19,958 bases of DNA from an uncultured Methanosarcinales archaeon (lineage in GTDB: Archaea; Nanobdellota; Nanobdellia; Woesearchaeales; JAGVZT01): contig CAYQPU010000033.1 of the NCBI GenBank assembly GCA_964419615.1, positions 1-19,958 of the forward strand. The letters run 5' to 3'. A program made the translations under genes and the position numbers. Under the pieces are notes generated by a model. The model saw only the letters and a list, made by a program, of their open reading frames with translations, did not search any database and was not told where the DNA came from. Shown one piece after another: positions 1-8,653 of this stretch. Positions within the stretch are counted from its first letter, which is position 1; every line of letters starts with the position of its first letter.

Positions 1-3000
1 GCCTTAAATGTTTCAGTAAATGATACAAATGGTAATGAGAACTCAAGTTTATTTGTATTAAATGTAACCGACACCACAGCCCCGTCCTTTACAGAACAAC
101 CTGCAAACATGGATCTACAATTTGGCACAGCATTCAGTTATAACATTAATGCCACAGACCTTGTTGGGTTAGATACTTATGTTATTAATGACACAGGCAA
201 TTTCACAATCAATGTTTCCACAGGATTGCTTGTAAATGCTACTGCACTGTCAATGAGAAGGTATGCATTAAATGTCACAGTAAATGACACTTACGGAAAT
301 AAAAATTCAAGTTTATTTGTATTAAATGTAACTGATACAGTAGCTCCTGCTTTTACAGAGCTTCCAGCAAATCACGATCTTGAATATGGTGCTGCCTTTA
401 GTTATAATCTAAACGCAACCGATCTAGTCTCCTTTGACAGTTTTGCAATTAACGATACAGGTAATTTCACAATTAATGCATCATCAGGTATAATAACTAA
501 TGCAACAGCCTTGTCTCTAAGAAGATATTCATTGAATGTGACCATAAATGACACCTCCGGAAATGAGAATAATAGTGTATTTGTATTAAATGTCACAGAT
601 ACTACAGCTCCATCCTATACAGAGCAGCCATCAAACCTTGATTTAGAGTTTAATACAGATTTTACTTATGATATTAATGCAACCGATCTTGTGGGAGTAG
701 ATAATTACATGATAAATGACACAGGTAATTTTACAATCAATGTTTCCACAGGGCTAGTTGAAAATGCTACAGGCTTAGCACTAAGAAGGTATGCATTAAA
801 TGTCACAGTAAATGACACATCTGGTAATGAAAATTCTGCGTTGTTTGTATTAAATGTAACAGACACTACTTCTCCTTCATTTACAGAGCTTCCAGCAAAT
901 CACGATCTTGAATATGGCTTAGCCTATAGTTATAATATCAATGCCACAGATTTAGTCTCGTTTGATAGTTATGCAATTAATGACTCAGACTTTACAATCA
1001 ATGTATCTTCAGGTTTAATTATAAACGCAACACAACTAGAATTAAGAAGGTACTCTTTAAACATCACAGTAAATGATACAAGTGGCAATGAAAACAACAG
1101 TGTTTTTGTACTAAATATATCAGACACCACAGCACCATCCTATACAGAGATTCCTGCAGATCAAGACCATGAATATAGTACTGCATTTAGTTACAAAATA
1201 AATGCTACAGATACACATAATGTTTCAACATTTGCAGTGAATGATACTAACTTTAGTATAAGCAGCAGTGGTCTATTAATCAATGCAACAGCATTAGGCC
1301 TAAGAAGGTACCCACTTACTGTAACCGTTAATGACTCCTCAGGTAATGAGAACTCAAGTTTGTTTATTGTGAATGTAACCGACACAACAAACCCAGTTTG
1401 GGTAGATATTCCAAATAATATATCATTAGCATTTAATATTACAGCTTTAAGTGTTGATTTCAATGCTTCAGACTTACTACTTGACACATATTCAGTTGGT
1501 GATGCTACAAACTTTAGTATTAACAGCGCAGGTCTCTTAACTAATAACACAGGACTTTCAGTTGGAACATATATATTTACAGTGACTGTTAACGATACAT
1601 CAGGTAATACAAATACTGCATCATATAATGTAATTGTTGCTGTAGATTTAACTGATCCAACAATAAATCTTATAACTTTAGATCATAATCTAACTAGAAC
1701 TGGTGGAACAGTAAACATTACAGTTAATGTGACAGACAATATTGCAGTTAACAATGTATCTGTGGACGGACAAGCATTAAGTTCAAGTCAAGGCATATGG
1801 GGTGGCAATGTTCTGGCTAACTTGGCTTCAGATGGCACTCTAACAGTTGTAGCAGAAGACACCTCAGGTAATACTGTTTCAAACAATACTCAAACAATTG
1901 GTATTGAAAACAGTGCTCCTGTAACAACTGCTGTGGTTGTACAAGCAGATGGCGGAGGAGATACTGATACAACTGGCGCAGTCTGGTATAATGAAGATAT
2001 TAATGTAACCTTAAGTGCGACAGATGCAGGTGCAGCAACCCTGGATAAAGTTCTATATAGGAATGGTTCAACAGGAAATTGGGCTGTTTGGGTTAATCAA
2101 ACATTCTCAACTAATATTACTGGTAACTTAATCCAATTCAGAGCAAATGACACAGCAAGTAATTTAGAGGCATATTCAACCAGATATTTAAAAATTGATA
2201 AAGTTGTACCAACAGTTTTAATAAATGGCCTAAGTGCAAGTACAGTTGGTCCAAGTGAATCAATGCAAATCGTAACAACCTTAGCAGATTCATTATCGGG
2301 CATAAATGCCTCATCAGCTACAATTTGGATAAATGATTCATCAACTACAACTGCTGTATTAACAGCAAGTGCTGGCAAATATGTTGGTACATTTGATTCT
2401 CCATCTGATTCAGGTTCATACGAAGTAACAGTTAATGTGACAGATAATGCAGGAAATATGAATGAATCAATAAGCACAATATTTACTGTAAATGCAGCAA
2501 TCCCAACAATCAACACAAACATTTCAAATGGTACATACATTGTTAATGGCTCAAGTATCACATTCACAACAAACAATGCAACCAATGCTTGGTACAACTG
2601 GACACCAGGTGGAACTCAAACAGATGCAGCAAGTGCATCATCTTTCCCAGTTGAATTGAACTTTACTGGTTCATCAGTAACAGTAGATGCACATGCAAAC
2701 AACAGTGCTGGATATATTGCAAATTCAACTTACACATATTTACTAGACAATACTCAACCATCTGTTGCAATAAGTGGATTATCGGATGGTGATCTAATTA
2801 ATGGTACACAAACAATAACTGCAACAGTCAGTGATTCAGAATCAGGAATCTCTAATGTGAAATTCTATGTTGGTAATGCAACTAGAACTTTAACTTTAAA
2901 ATCAACAGATACTGTATCACCCTATACATATGATTGGAACACATATGAATTTGGAGATGGAAATAAGACAATAAACATAACTGTGACAGATAATGCAGGT

Positions 3001-4332
3001 AATATGAATTCATCTGTGGTAAATGTAACAGTTAACAATACTAAGTTTTTAACAACAGCTGTTTCAAATGGTGCAGCTACATTTACTGGTACAAGTGTTG
3101 ATCCATATTTAGACCAGGTCACTGGACTGAATTCAAGTCAGGTTATTGCTCAGGTTCAAAAAACAGAGATTGTGGACTCTCCAACTGTTGATAGCCTAAT
3201 TGTTGATACAGCATACTTATCAATGAATATCAGTGCAGATACTGTAGACAGTGCAATTGTTCGATTCAAACTTCCAAAAACAACCTCTGGATTATCTGCT
3301 GTACTAAATGAACTATTTGCTTTTGCAACTCATTCAGACAATACAACAGAAAGACTTGAAGTAACATATGATGATGTAAACGATGATGTAGATAATTATG
3401 CATTCTACTTTACCACAACAAAGTTCTCAGTATTCACAATCGCTACACAAACAGCTGCTCCTTCCACAAGTTCTTCAGGAGGAGGTGGGGGAGGCGGAAT
3501 CGTGCCAACAACCACAGAAGACACAAGTATTTCCAAGACAGTTGTACTAGCTTCTGTTGCTAGTGGTGAAACAGGTTCATTTAATTATGATGATGTAGAA
3601 GAGTTAGGAATTGACAAAGTCCAGATCCAGGCTATAAACAACATAAATTCTGCAGAATTAAAAGTAGAAGAACTAGATTCAACTACAAAAGATCCTGCAA
3701 TTTCATCTAATTTGGGCATGGTGTACAAATATGTCACAATTACACCTACAAATTTCCTTGAATCAGATGTGGAAAATGTTAAGATTACTTTCAGCATTCA
3801 AAAATCATGGTTTACTGACAATGCACTTGATCCAACAACAACAAAATTAAAGCATTTCACAAATAATGATTGGACTAATCTGGCAATCTCAACACCTGGC
3901 TCAGTAGGTCAGAACTATCAATTTACAGCTACAACAAGTTGGTTCTCAGAATTTGCAATAACTGCTCAAAAAATCGCAGAATCAGCAATTACAGGAGAAT
4001 CAGTAAAAGAAGTTGAATCAGAAGAACAAGTGCAAGTTGATGAATCTGAAGAAACAGCAGAGCCAGAAGTAAAGAAAGAGATTGTAGAAAAAAGAGGAAA
4101 TGGTTTGACAATCTTCCTAATTTTTGTACTTGTCCTGATTGTAGGGGTAATTATTTACCTAGTCACTCTAATACCTAAAGGTAAGGGAGAACATCCTTTG
4201 GATAGATACATTGGACATGTAAAAGAACAGGGTCACCCAAGAGAACAAGTAAAACAAGCTTTAATTAATGAGGGGTGGGATGACTTGATTGTTGAACATC
4301 ACCTAAACAGACACTACAAAGAGATCAAATAA
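1..4332 (+). CDS. Giant cell-surface (S-layer-like/adhesin) glycoprotein, 5'-truncated: tandem Ig/cadherin-like repeats, further Ig-like domains, PGF-pre-PGF-like domains, acidic linker, TM helix, cytoplasmic tail
   Basis: Frame 1 is open from base 1 (ALNVSVNDTNGNENSS...) into the tracked ORF 109..4332, so Met109 is internal. About 88-aa repeats, DNTQPSVAI/DTTAP Ig-like motifs, FSVFTI (3424-3441) and FSEFAI (3943-3960) domain ends, poly-Gly linker, TM at 4102-4173. Confidence 0.9.
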   Translation, partial: ALNVSVNDTNGNENSSLFVLNVTDTTAPSFTEQPANMDLQFGTAFSYNINATDLVGLDTYVINDTGNFTINVSTGLLVNATALSMRRYALNVTVNDTYGNKNSSLFVLNVTDTVAPAFTELPANHDLEYGAAFSYNLNATDLVSFDSFAINDTGNFTINASSGIITNATALSLRRYSLNVTINDTSGNENNSVFVLNVTDTTAPSYTEQPSNLDLEFNTDFTYDINATDLVGVDNYMINDTGNFTINVSTGLVENATGLALRRYALNVTVNDTSGNENSALFVLNVTDTTSPSFTELPANHDLEYGLAYSYNINATDLVSFDSYAINDSDFTINVSSGLIINATQLELRRYSLNITVNDTSGNENNSVFVLNISDTTAPSYTEIPADQDHEYSTAFSYKINATDTHNVSTFAVNDTNFSISSSGLLINATALGLRRYPLTVTVNDSSGNENSSLFIVNVTDTTNPVWVDIPNNISLAFNITALSVDFNASDLLLDTYSVGDATNFSINSAGLLTNNTGLSVGTYIFTVTVNDTSGNTNTASYNVIVAVDLTDPTINLITLDHNLTRTGGTVNITVNVTDNIAVNNVSVDGQALSSSQGIWGGNVLANLASDGTLTVVAEDTSGNTVSNNTQTIGIENSAPVTTAVVVQADGGGDTDTTGAVWYNEDINVTLSATDAGAATLDKVLYRNGSTGNWAVWVNQTFSTNITGNLIQFRANDTASNLEAYSTRYLKIDKVVPTVLINGLSASTVGPSESMQIVTTLADSLSGINASSATIWINDSSTTTAVLTASAGKYVGTFDSPSDSGSYEVTVNVTDNAGNMNESISTIFTVNAAIPTINTNISNGTYIVNGSSITFTTNNATNAWYNWTPGGTQTDAASASSFPVELNFTGSSVTVDAHANNSAGYIANSTYTYLLDNTQPSVAISGLSDGDLINGTQTITATVSDSESGISNVKFYVGNATRTLTLKSTDTVSPYTYDWNTYEFGDGNKTINITVTDNAGNMNSSVVNVTVNNTKFLTTAVSNGAATFTGTSVDPYLDQVTGLNSSQVIAQVQKTEIVDSPTVDSLIVDTAYLSMNISADTVDSAIVRFKLPKTTSGLSAVLNELFAFATHSDNTTERLEVTYDDVNDDVDNYAFYFTTTKFSVFTIATQTAAPSTSSSGGGGGGGIVPTTTEDTSISKTVVLASVASGETGSFNYDDVEELGIDKVQIQAINNINSAELKVEELDSTTKDPAISSNLGMVYKYVTITPTNFLESDVENVKITFSIQKSWFTDNALDPTTTKLKHFTNNDWTNLAISTPGSVGQNYQFTATTSWFSEFAITAQKIAESAITGESVKEVESEEQVQVDESEETAEPEVKKEIVEKRGNGLTIFLIFVLVLIVGVIIYLVTLIPKGKGEHPLDRYIGHVKEQGHPREQVKQALINEGWDDLIVEHHLNRHYKEIK
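79..1650 (+). repeat. Six tandem coding repeats of about 258-264 bp (units start at 79, 343, 607, 871, 1132, 1390), plus a partial unit at 1-78
   Basis: Each unit starts with AP(S/A)(F/Y)TE or a variant; the first five end in N(V/I)(T/S)DT(T/V). Exact matches at 528-bp offset: 256-290 = 784-818 (35 nt) and 352-389 = 880-917 (38 nt). Confidence 0.9.
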
Positions 4333-4372
4333 AATCTCTTTTTCAATTCTTAATTATATAGAACAAATAAAA

Positions 4373-4380
4373 TTTATAAA
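4373..4380 (+). promoter_or_regulatory. Archaeal TATA box for the 4403 gene (probably leaderless)
   Basis: TTTATAAA preceded by an A-rich BRE-like tract, ending 22 nt before ATG 4403. Confidence 0.55.
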
Positions 4381-4402
4381 CTTAGTAATCGTTCTAAGAA
4401 TA

Positions 4403-4858
4403 ATGAGGCCACAATACCATACTCTGATTAGTATAATTATTTCAATTCCAGTTTACTTCCTAACAAACTCCTTCACAGCTGCATTCCTGTGTATTTTAGC
4501 AGGAATATTTGTAGACATTGACCACTTACCTGATTACTGGCTCTATAGGCGAAAAATGGTTATTGACAGAAAGTTCTTTACCCAGGACTATCATGTGATG
4601 TTTGGTAGAATATTTGTTATTTTACATTGTTTTGAATTTGTGTTAGTGATGCTAATTATTTACAATATGACAAAATACACTCCAATTATTGGAGCAATTG
4701 TTGGTTATACTGCACATTTGATAACAGACTCATTAACAAATGGAGTTCATCCTCTAACTTACTTTTTAACCTATAGATTAATAAAGAAATTTGATACAAA
4801 GATTTTGTTGGAAGCACCAAGATGGAAGAAGAACAAATCGATTATTGGAAACCAGTAA
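4403..4858 (+). CDS. Membrane-bound metal-dependent hydrolase (YdjM/DUF457-like)
   Basis: N-terminal HT, DIDH, ILH and AHLITD motifs between hydrophobic helices. Confidence 0.7.
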   Translation: MRPQYHTLISIIISIPVYFLTNSFTAAFLCILAGIFVDIDHLPDYWLYRRKMVIDRKFFTQDYHVMFGRIFVILHCFEFVLVMLIIYNMTKYTPIIGAIVGYTAHLITDSLTNGVHPLTYFLTYRLIKKFDTKILLEAPRWKKNKSIIGNQ

Positions 4859-5448
4859 GAGTAATTATAGCTCTGGTCTTGATCTTTATTATTGTATTAA
4901 TGATAATTCCAAATTACTATGTTAAATTAGATCCCGAACCAAAACCTGTCCAATTCCAAGATGTTGGAGTAGAAGTCAAACTAAGAAATCAATCAATAAA
5001 AGTAAATTCTACATCAGAGTTTGCCAAATTTGTTCAGCCAAAAAATCCTGAAATAAAATATATTGCAAACAGGATCTCAACACAAGCCTGTGAATCATCA
5101 ACCATATGCTATGCAAAAGCTCAGTATTATTATGTGAGGGACAATATTAACTACATCAAAGATCCAATAAGATCTGAATACATTGAACCTCCAATTGAAG
5201 TATTTGCTTCAGGAGGTGGAGATTGTGAATCTGGTTCCATTCTTTTAGCATCATTATTAGAATCAATTGGAGTAAATGCTCAGTTAGTATTCACAACAAA
5301 TCATGCATATGTTAGAATCAAACTAGATGAAGCTCAAAATAAATACAAACAAGACGGTTGGATCTATCTGGATTGGACTTGTGATGAATGTGAATTTGGG
5401 GAAGTTCCATGGTCAAATCAGGAAAGATATTATTTAGAAGTTCCTTGA
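4822..5448 (+). CDS. Membrane-anchored transglutaminase-like (papain-fold) protein
   Basis: N-terminal TM; GGGDCESGSILLASLLESIG (Cys), NHAY (His), WIYLD (Asp) triad. Overlaps the upstream gene by 37 nt. Confidence 0.85.
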   Translation: MEEEQIDYWKPVRVIIALVLIFIIVLMIIPNYYVKLDPEPKPVQFQDVGVEVKLRNQSIKVNSTSEFAKFVQPKNPEIKYIANRISTQACESSTICYAKAQYYYVRDNINYIKDPIRSEYIEPPIEVFASGGGDCESGSILLASLLESIGVNAQLVFTTNHAYVRIKLDEAQNKYKQDGWIYLDWTCDECEFGEVPWSNQERYYLEVP

Positions 5449-5535
5449 AAAATAATGTTTGTTAATTTATTGGTTTATCACAATTTAGTGGTAAAAAACA
5501 AAACTAATTTAAATTAAAGTGAATCTTTCATATAT

Positions 5536-6285
5536 ATGGAAGCTAATGATTCATCTGGTAAAACATTCCCACATGAAAATTGGAATACGGATTATCTTAT
5601 TGAAACTGATGAATTCGCTGAATTTGCACAATCTGAGCTAGATATTATATTTGAAAAAAATCCTCATCCTTATGTATCAGAATTAACTTTTAACCACAAA
5701 GGAGAACCATATGCAGACTATTTGAGAATCAAGGCAAGAGGAGGATGCAAATTGGCAGCTCATTCTTTAGTAATAAATGAACCAAAGAAAATTGTACAAT
5801 TTAGTTTTTTATATGAATATATGATGGTTCCATTTCATAAACCAGGTTATGCAAAAGGTTTGACATCTCAAATATTTGTTAATCCATATGCCTTCAGGTT
5901 ACCTCCAAACCAATTAATTTCAGCATTATATTATCATGAATACAAACATGCAAAACAATATGCTGAAGGTTTTGATATTGGAGATGTAACACTTGATTCT
6001 CATAATGTGAATTTGCTACGTAATGGATTACTTTCCATCGTTGCTGACATAGTCATCTGTTCTCAAGTCTTATCAAGTGAGGATCCAAGTTTGGATGAAG
6101 AACATAGAGAAAAAGATAGAAAATATATGAATATCCTACAAGAAAAATTTGTAGAACTAATAGTACCTTACAAACAGCCCTTACTTATGAAACTGTTGGG
6201 ATTTCCTGAAAAAAAAGCACCTAATCATTTTGAAAAACTAGTTGTTGCAGAATGCGAAAATTTACTTTTGGAACATGTACTATAA
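5536..6285 (+). CDS. Hypothetical protein with HExxH (zincin-like) motif
   Basis: 249-aa ORF; IFVNP...LISALYYHEYKHAKQ; TATA-like TTTAAATT at 5508-5515. Confidence 0.6.
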   Translation: MEANDSSGKTFPHENWNTDYLIETDEFAEFAQSELDIIFEKNPHPYVSELTFNHKGEPYADYLRIKARGGCKLAAHSLVINEPKKIVQFSFLYEYMMVPFHKPGYAKGLTSQIFVNPYAFRLPPNQLISALYYHEYKHAKQYAEGFDIGDVTLDSHNVNLLRNGLLSIVADIVICSQVLSSEDPSLDEEHREKDRKYMNILQEKFVELIVPYKQPLLMKLLGFPEKKAPNHFEKLVVAECENLLLEHVL

Positions 6286-6315
6286 AACTAATTATAAAAT
6301 ACATAAGAATCCAAT

Positions 6316-6723
6316 TTAGTTAGATATTGCCTGTTCTAAAGCATTAACAAAACCTCTTTCATAATAATTCTTAACACCTGCAAACACTGCAATAGATAAT
6401 GTCCATGAAATTAAAGAATACAAGGACATATGATTTGAATCACCACCTGTAAAATAGGTTAAGACACCTACTCCTAAACCAATAACTAATGAAGCTGCTA
6501 AAGGAACAAGCTCAGAACCAAGAACAGAAGAGTAACTTTGGTATTTGTTTCTGGCCATTATCAAATTATCAATTGATACCTCCATTCCATCTGTAATATT
6601 TTCTAATTGAGTAATAATTTGCTCTTTAGGTAAATGTTTCACATCCTCACCAACTAAATATTCATAAATTTCACTAAGAATCTGCTCTCCATTTGGCTTG
6701 TCTTGAGTTAAAGCATTGTACAT
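6316..6723 (-). CDS. Hypothetical membrane protein (2 TM)
   Basis: 135 aa; hydrophobic LVPLAASLVIGLGVGVLTYF and LYSLISWTLSIAVFAGV; minus-strand TTTATAAT about 22 nt upstream of the ATG. Confidence 0.7.
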   Translation of the reverse strand: MYNALTQDKPNGEQILSEIYEYLVGEDVKHLPKEQIITQLENITDGMEVSIDNLIMARNKYQSYSSVLGSELVPLAASLVIGLGVGVLTYFTGGDSNHMSLYSLISWTLSIAVFAGVKNYYERGFVNALEQAISN

Positions 6724-6809
6724 ACCAAATAGGTAATTATATGAATTATAAATGTTTTTCTCAATTTAATCAAATATAGATATTATTTAAACTAAAATCA
6801 GGAGTTACA

Positions 6810-7469
6810 TTGATAAACAAGATTTACAAAATACTTTTTAATAAATATGGACCACAAGGGTGGTGGCCATTGCTCGAACTAGGTGAGGTATCATACAAAC
6901 CTGGCTCAAAACAATATGGTGGTTATCATCCAGGAGACTATTCATATCCAAAAACAGATGGCCAAAGATTTGAAATATGTGTTGGAGCAATTCTTACACA
7001 GAACACAAGTTGGAACAATGTATCCAAAGCTCTGCTTGAATTACATAAAACAAATATGTTGGATCCTAGTGCTATCTTGGAAACAGGTGATGAGACTCTT
7101 CACACTTTAATCAAATCAGCAGGCTACTTTAGACAAAAGAGAAAGAAACTCAAAAACTTCTCAGAATTCTTCATCAAACTAAAAAACAAAACACCCACTA
7201 GAGAGCAATTACTATCTGTTTGGGGTGTTGGTCCAGAAACAGCAGATTCAATCTTGCTCTATGCTTACAAACAACCCGAATTTGTAATAGATACTTACAC
7301 AAAAAGATTACTTCTAAGAAAAGGTTTGGTATCTGAAAAAGCAACCTATAATGAAATCAAAGCTCTATTTGAGAACAATCTGAAAAAAGATTACAAGATG
7401 TTTCAGGAATATCATGCACTGATTGTGGAGCATAATAAATCTGTAAAGCAAATGTCACATTTAAATTAA
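6810..7469 (+). CDS. Endonuclease III-related HhH-GPD DNA glycosylase (MJ1434-like), no Fe-S cluster
   Basis: GAILTQNTSWNNV, AGYFRQK, LLSVWGVGPETADSILLYA, FVIDTY; TTG start with GGAG at 6801-6804. Confidence 0.85.
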   Translation: MINKIYKILFNKYGPQGWWPLLELGEVSYKPGSKQYGGYHPGDYSYPKTDGQRFEICVGAILTQNTSWNNVSKALLELHKTNMLDPSAILETGDETLHTLIKSAGYFRQKRKKLKNFSEFFIKLKNKTPTREQLLSVWGVGPETADSILLYAYKQPEFVIDTYTKRLLLRKGLVSEKATYNEIKALFENNLKKDYKMFQEYHALIVEHNKSVKQMSHLN

Positions 7470-7488
7470 TATTATAAGAAACAAAAGA

Positions 7489-7515
7489 TTTATATAATCA
7501 TTATAATTATTATAT
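7489..7515 (+). promoter_or_regulatory. TATA box overlapped by a 24-bp palindrome (candidate TA operator)
   Basis: TTTATATA at 7489-7496; ATATAATCATTATAATTATTATAT at 7492-7515 pairs at 11 of 12 positions; GGTGA SD at 7533-7537. Confidence 0.55.
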
Positions 7516-7543
7516 TTGTTATAGTGCTTAAAGGTGATTTTAT

Positions 7544-7744
7544 ATGAATACAACAATTGCAATATCTACAACTATTAGGGACAAGATCAAAGAATTTGGT
7601 GCAAAGGGAGAAACTTACGACGAAATACTAGCAAGACTTTTAAATAGTGCTAAGGAAAGACAATTACAAGATTTATTAATGAATTCAGAAGAATGCGTTG
7701 AAATTGATGAAGCACTAAAAAAAGCTAGGAAAAGATGGCAATAG
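7544..7744 (+). CDS. Putative antitoxin (RHH/CopG-like N-terminal DNA-binding domain)
   Basis: 66 aa; TTIAISTTIRDKIKEFGAKGETYDEILARLL matches the small archaeal strand-helix-helix antitoxin pattern; overlaps the next gene by 10 nt. Confidence 0.7.
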   Translation: MNTTIAISTTIRDKIKEFGAKGETYDEILARLLNSAKERQLQDLLMNSEECVEIDEALKKARKRWQ

Positions 7745-8073
7745 TTGTCATAACAAAAACACTAGAGAAAGAGATTAATAATAAATTCAAGCAAGAATCA
7801 GTTACTATTTTTTCTATGATGCAAGAATTGAAAACCAATCCCAAAAAAGGTCATATTGTGGGAGTTGTTGGAAGAATTCTTATTAAAGAGCTTAAATACA
7901 AGAAATTTAGATATTACTTTATTACAGATGGATATAAGATTAAATTCTTAAAAACTGAAGAACTAAAGAATCTGATAATCAAATTTGTTAGAATGTCTGA
8001 TAAGAAAACTCAACAAAAAGTAATTGATGAGATTAAATCTGTGTTGAGAAACCTTGGAGAGGACAGTTTTTAA
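7735..8073 (+). CDS. Putative RelE/ParE-superfamily toxin
   Basis: 112 aa, very basic; VVITKTLEKE..., ELKTNPKKG, IKELKYKKFRYYF resemble the RelE/ParE fold; coupled to the antitoxin-like gene. Confidence 0.55.
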   Translation: MAIVVITKTLEKEINNKFKQESVTIFSMMQELKTNPKKGHIVGVVGRILIKELKYKKFRYYFITDGYKIKFLKTEELKNLIIKFVRMSDKKTQQKVIDEIKSVLRNLGEDSF

Positions 8074-8131
8074 TAGTTTTCAATGTAATTCTGTAGAAAA
8101 ACTTAAATACTACTAATCAGTTACAACTTTC

Positions 8132-8653
8132 ATGGGGCAAGGTGGACAAGGTTATACAGGTCAAATGGATGATGAAACAAGATTAAAGTTTTATAGACAG
8201 TTTAATACATGTAAAATTAAAAATAATGCGCAGGTGAAATTCACAGGTTTTGGCAATGCGAAGTTCTCAATCTTGATCAATCTATATGACCTTGTGGAAA
8301 ATGAAGAGGATCTTGATTTACGTGAACAAAATGAACTGATTGCTTATGTTTATACATCATTAGGTTTCATTACTTCAGAATATGTAAGAAACAATGTTTC
8401 AGACACTTGGGGTTATGAAGATGAATTTGTTGAATTCTTGAATGGTGTTGCTACACAGGTTTCAATGCTTGCTTGGAGAGTAGCTGAGTTTTTTAATCAT
8501 TGGTATACTGTTGGTAATCCTGGTTTTGATTCTCCTTTGTATACAAATATTGCAGCAACATTAAGTAAAATGGACAGACTTGACATAAATCACTTAGGGA
8601 TGGAAGTTGATGCATTAGAAAGAAAACTTGGAACAGAATTTCCTCCCACTTAA
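8132..8653 (+). CDS. Hypothetical protein
   Basis: 173-aa ORF; TATA-like CTTAAATA at 8102-8109. Confidence 0.6.
   Translation: MGQGGQGYTGQMDDETRLKFYRQFNTCKIKNNAQVKFTGFGNAKFSILINLYDLVENEEDLDLREQNELIAYVYTSLGFITSEYVRNNVSDTWGYEDEFVEFLNGVATQVSMLAWRVAEFFNHWYTVGNPGFDSPLYTNIAATLSKMDRLDINHLGMEVDALERKLGTEFPPT

Noticed and set aside
1-1650. Repeats as a CRISPR array or DGR template/variable pair
   Set aside because: The units are in-frame protein domains, differences are not adenine-specific, and there are no spacers, cas genes or reverse transcriptase in the window.
402-3797. Minus-strand ORFs at 402, 1191, 2097, 2922 and 3585
   Set aside because: Antisense shadows of the Thr/Asn/Val-rich surface gene; no motifs or start signals.
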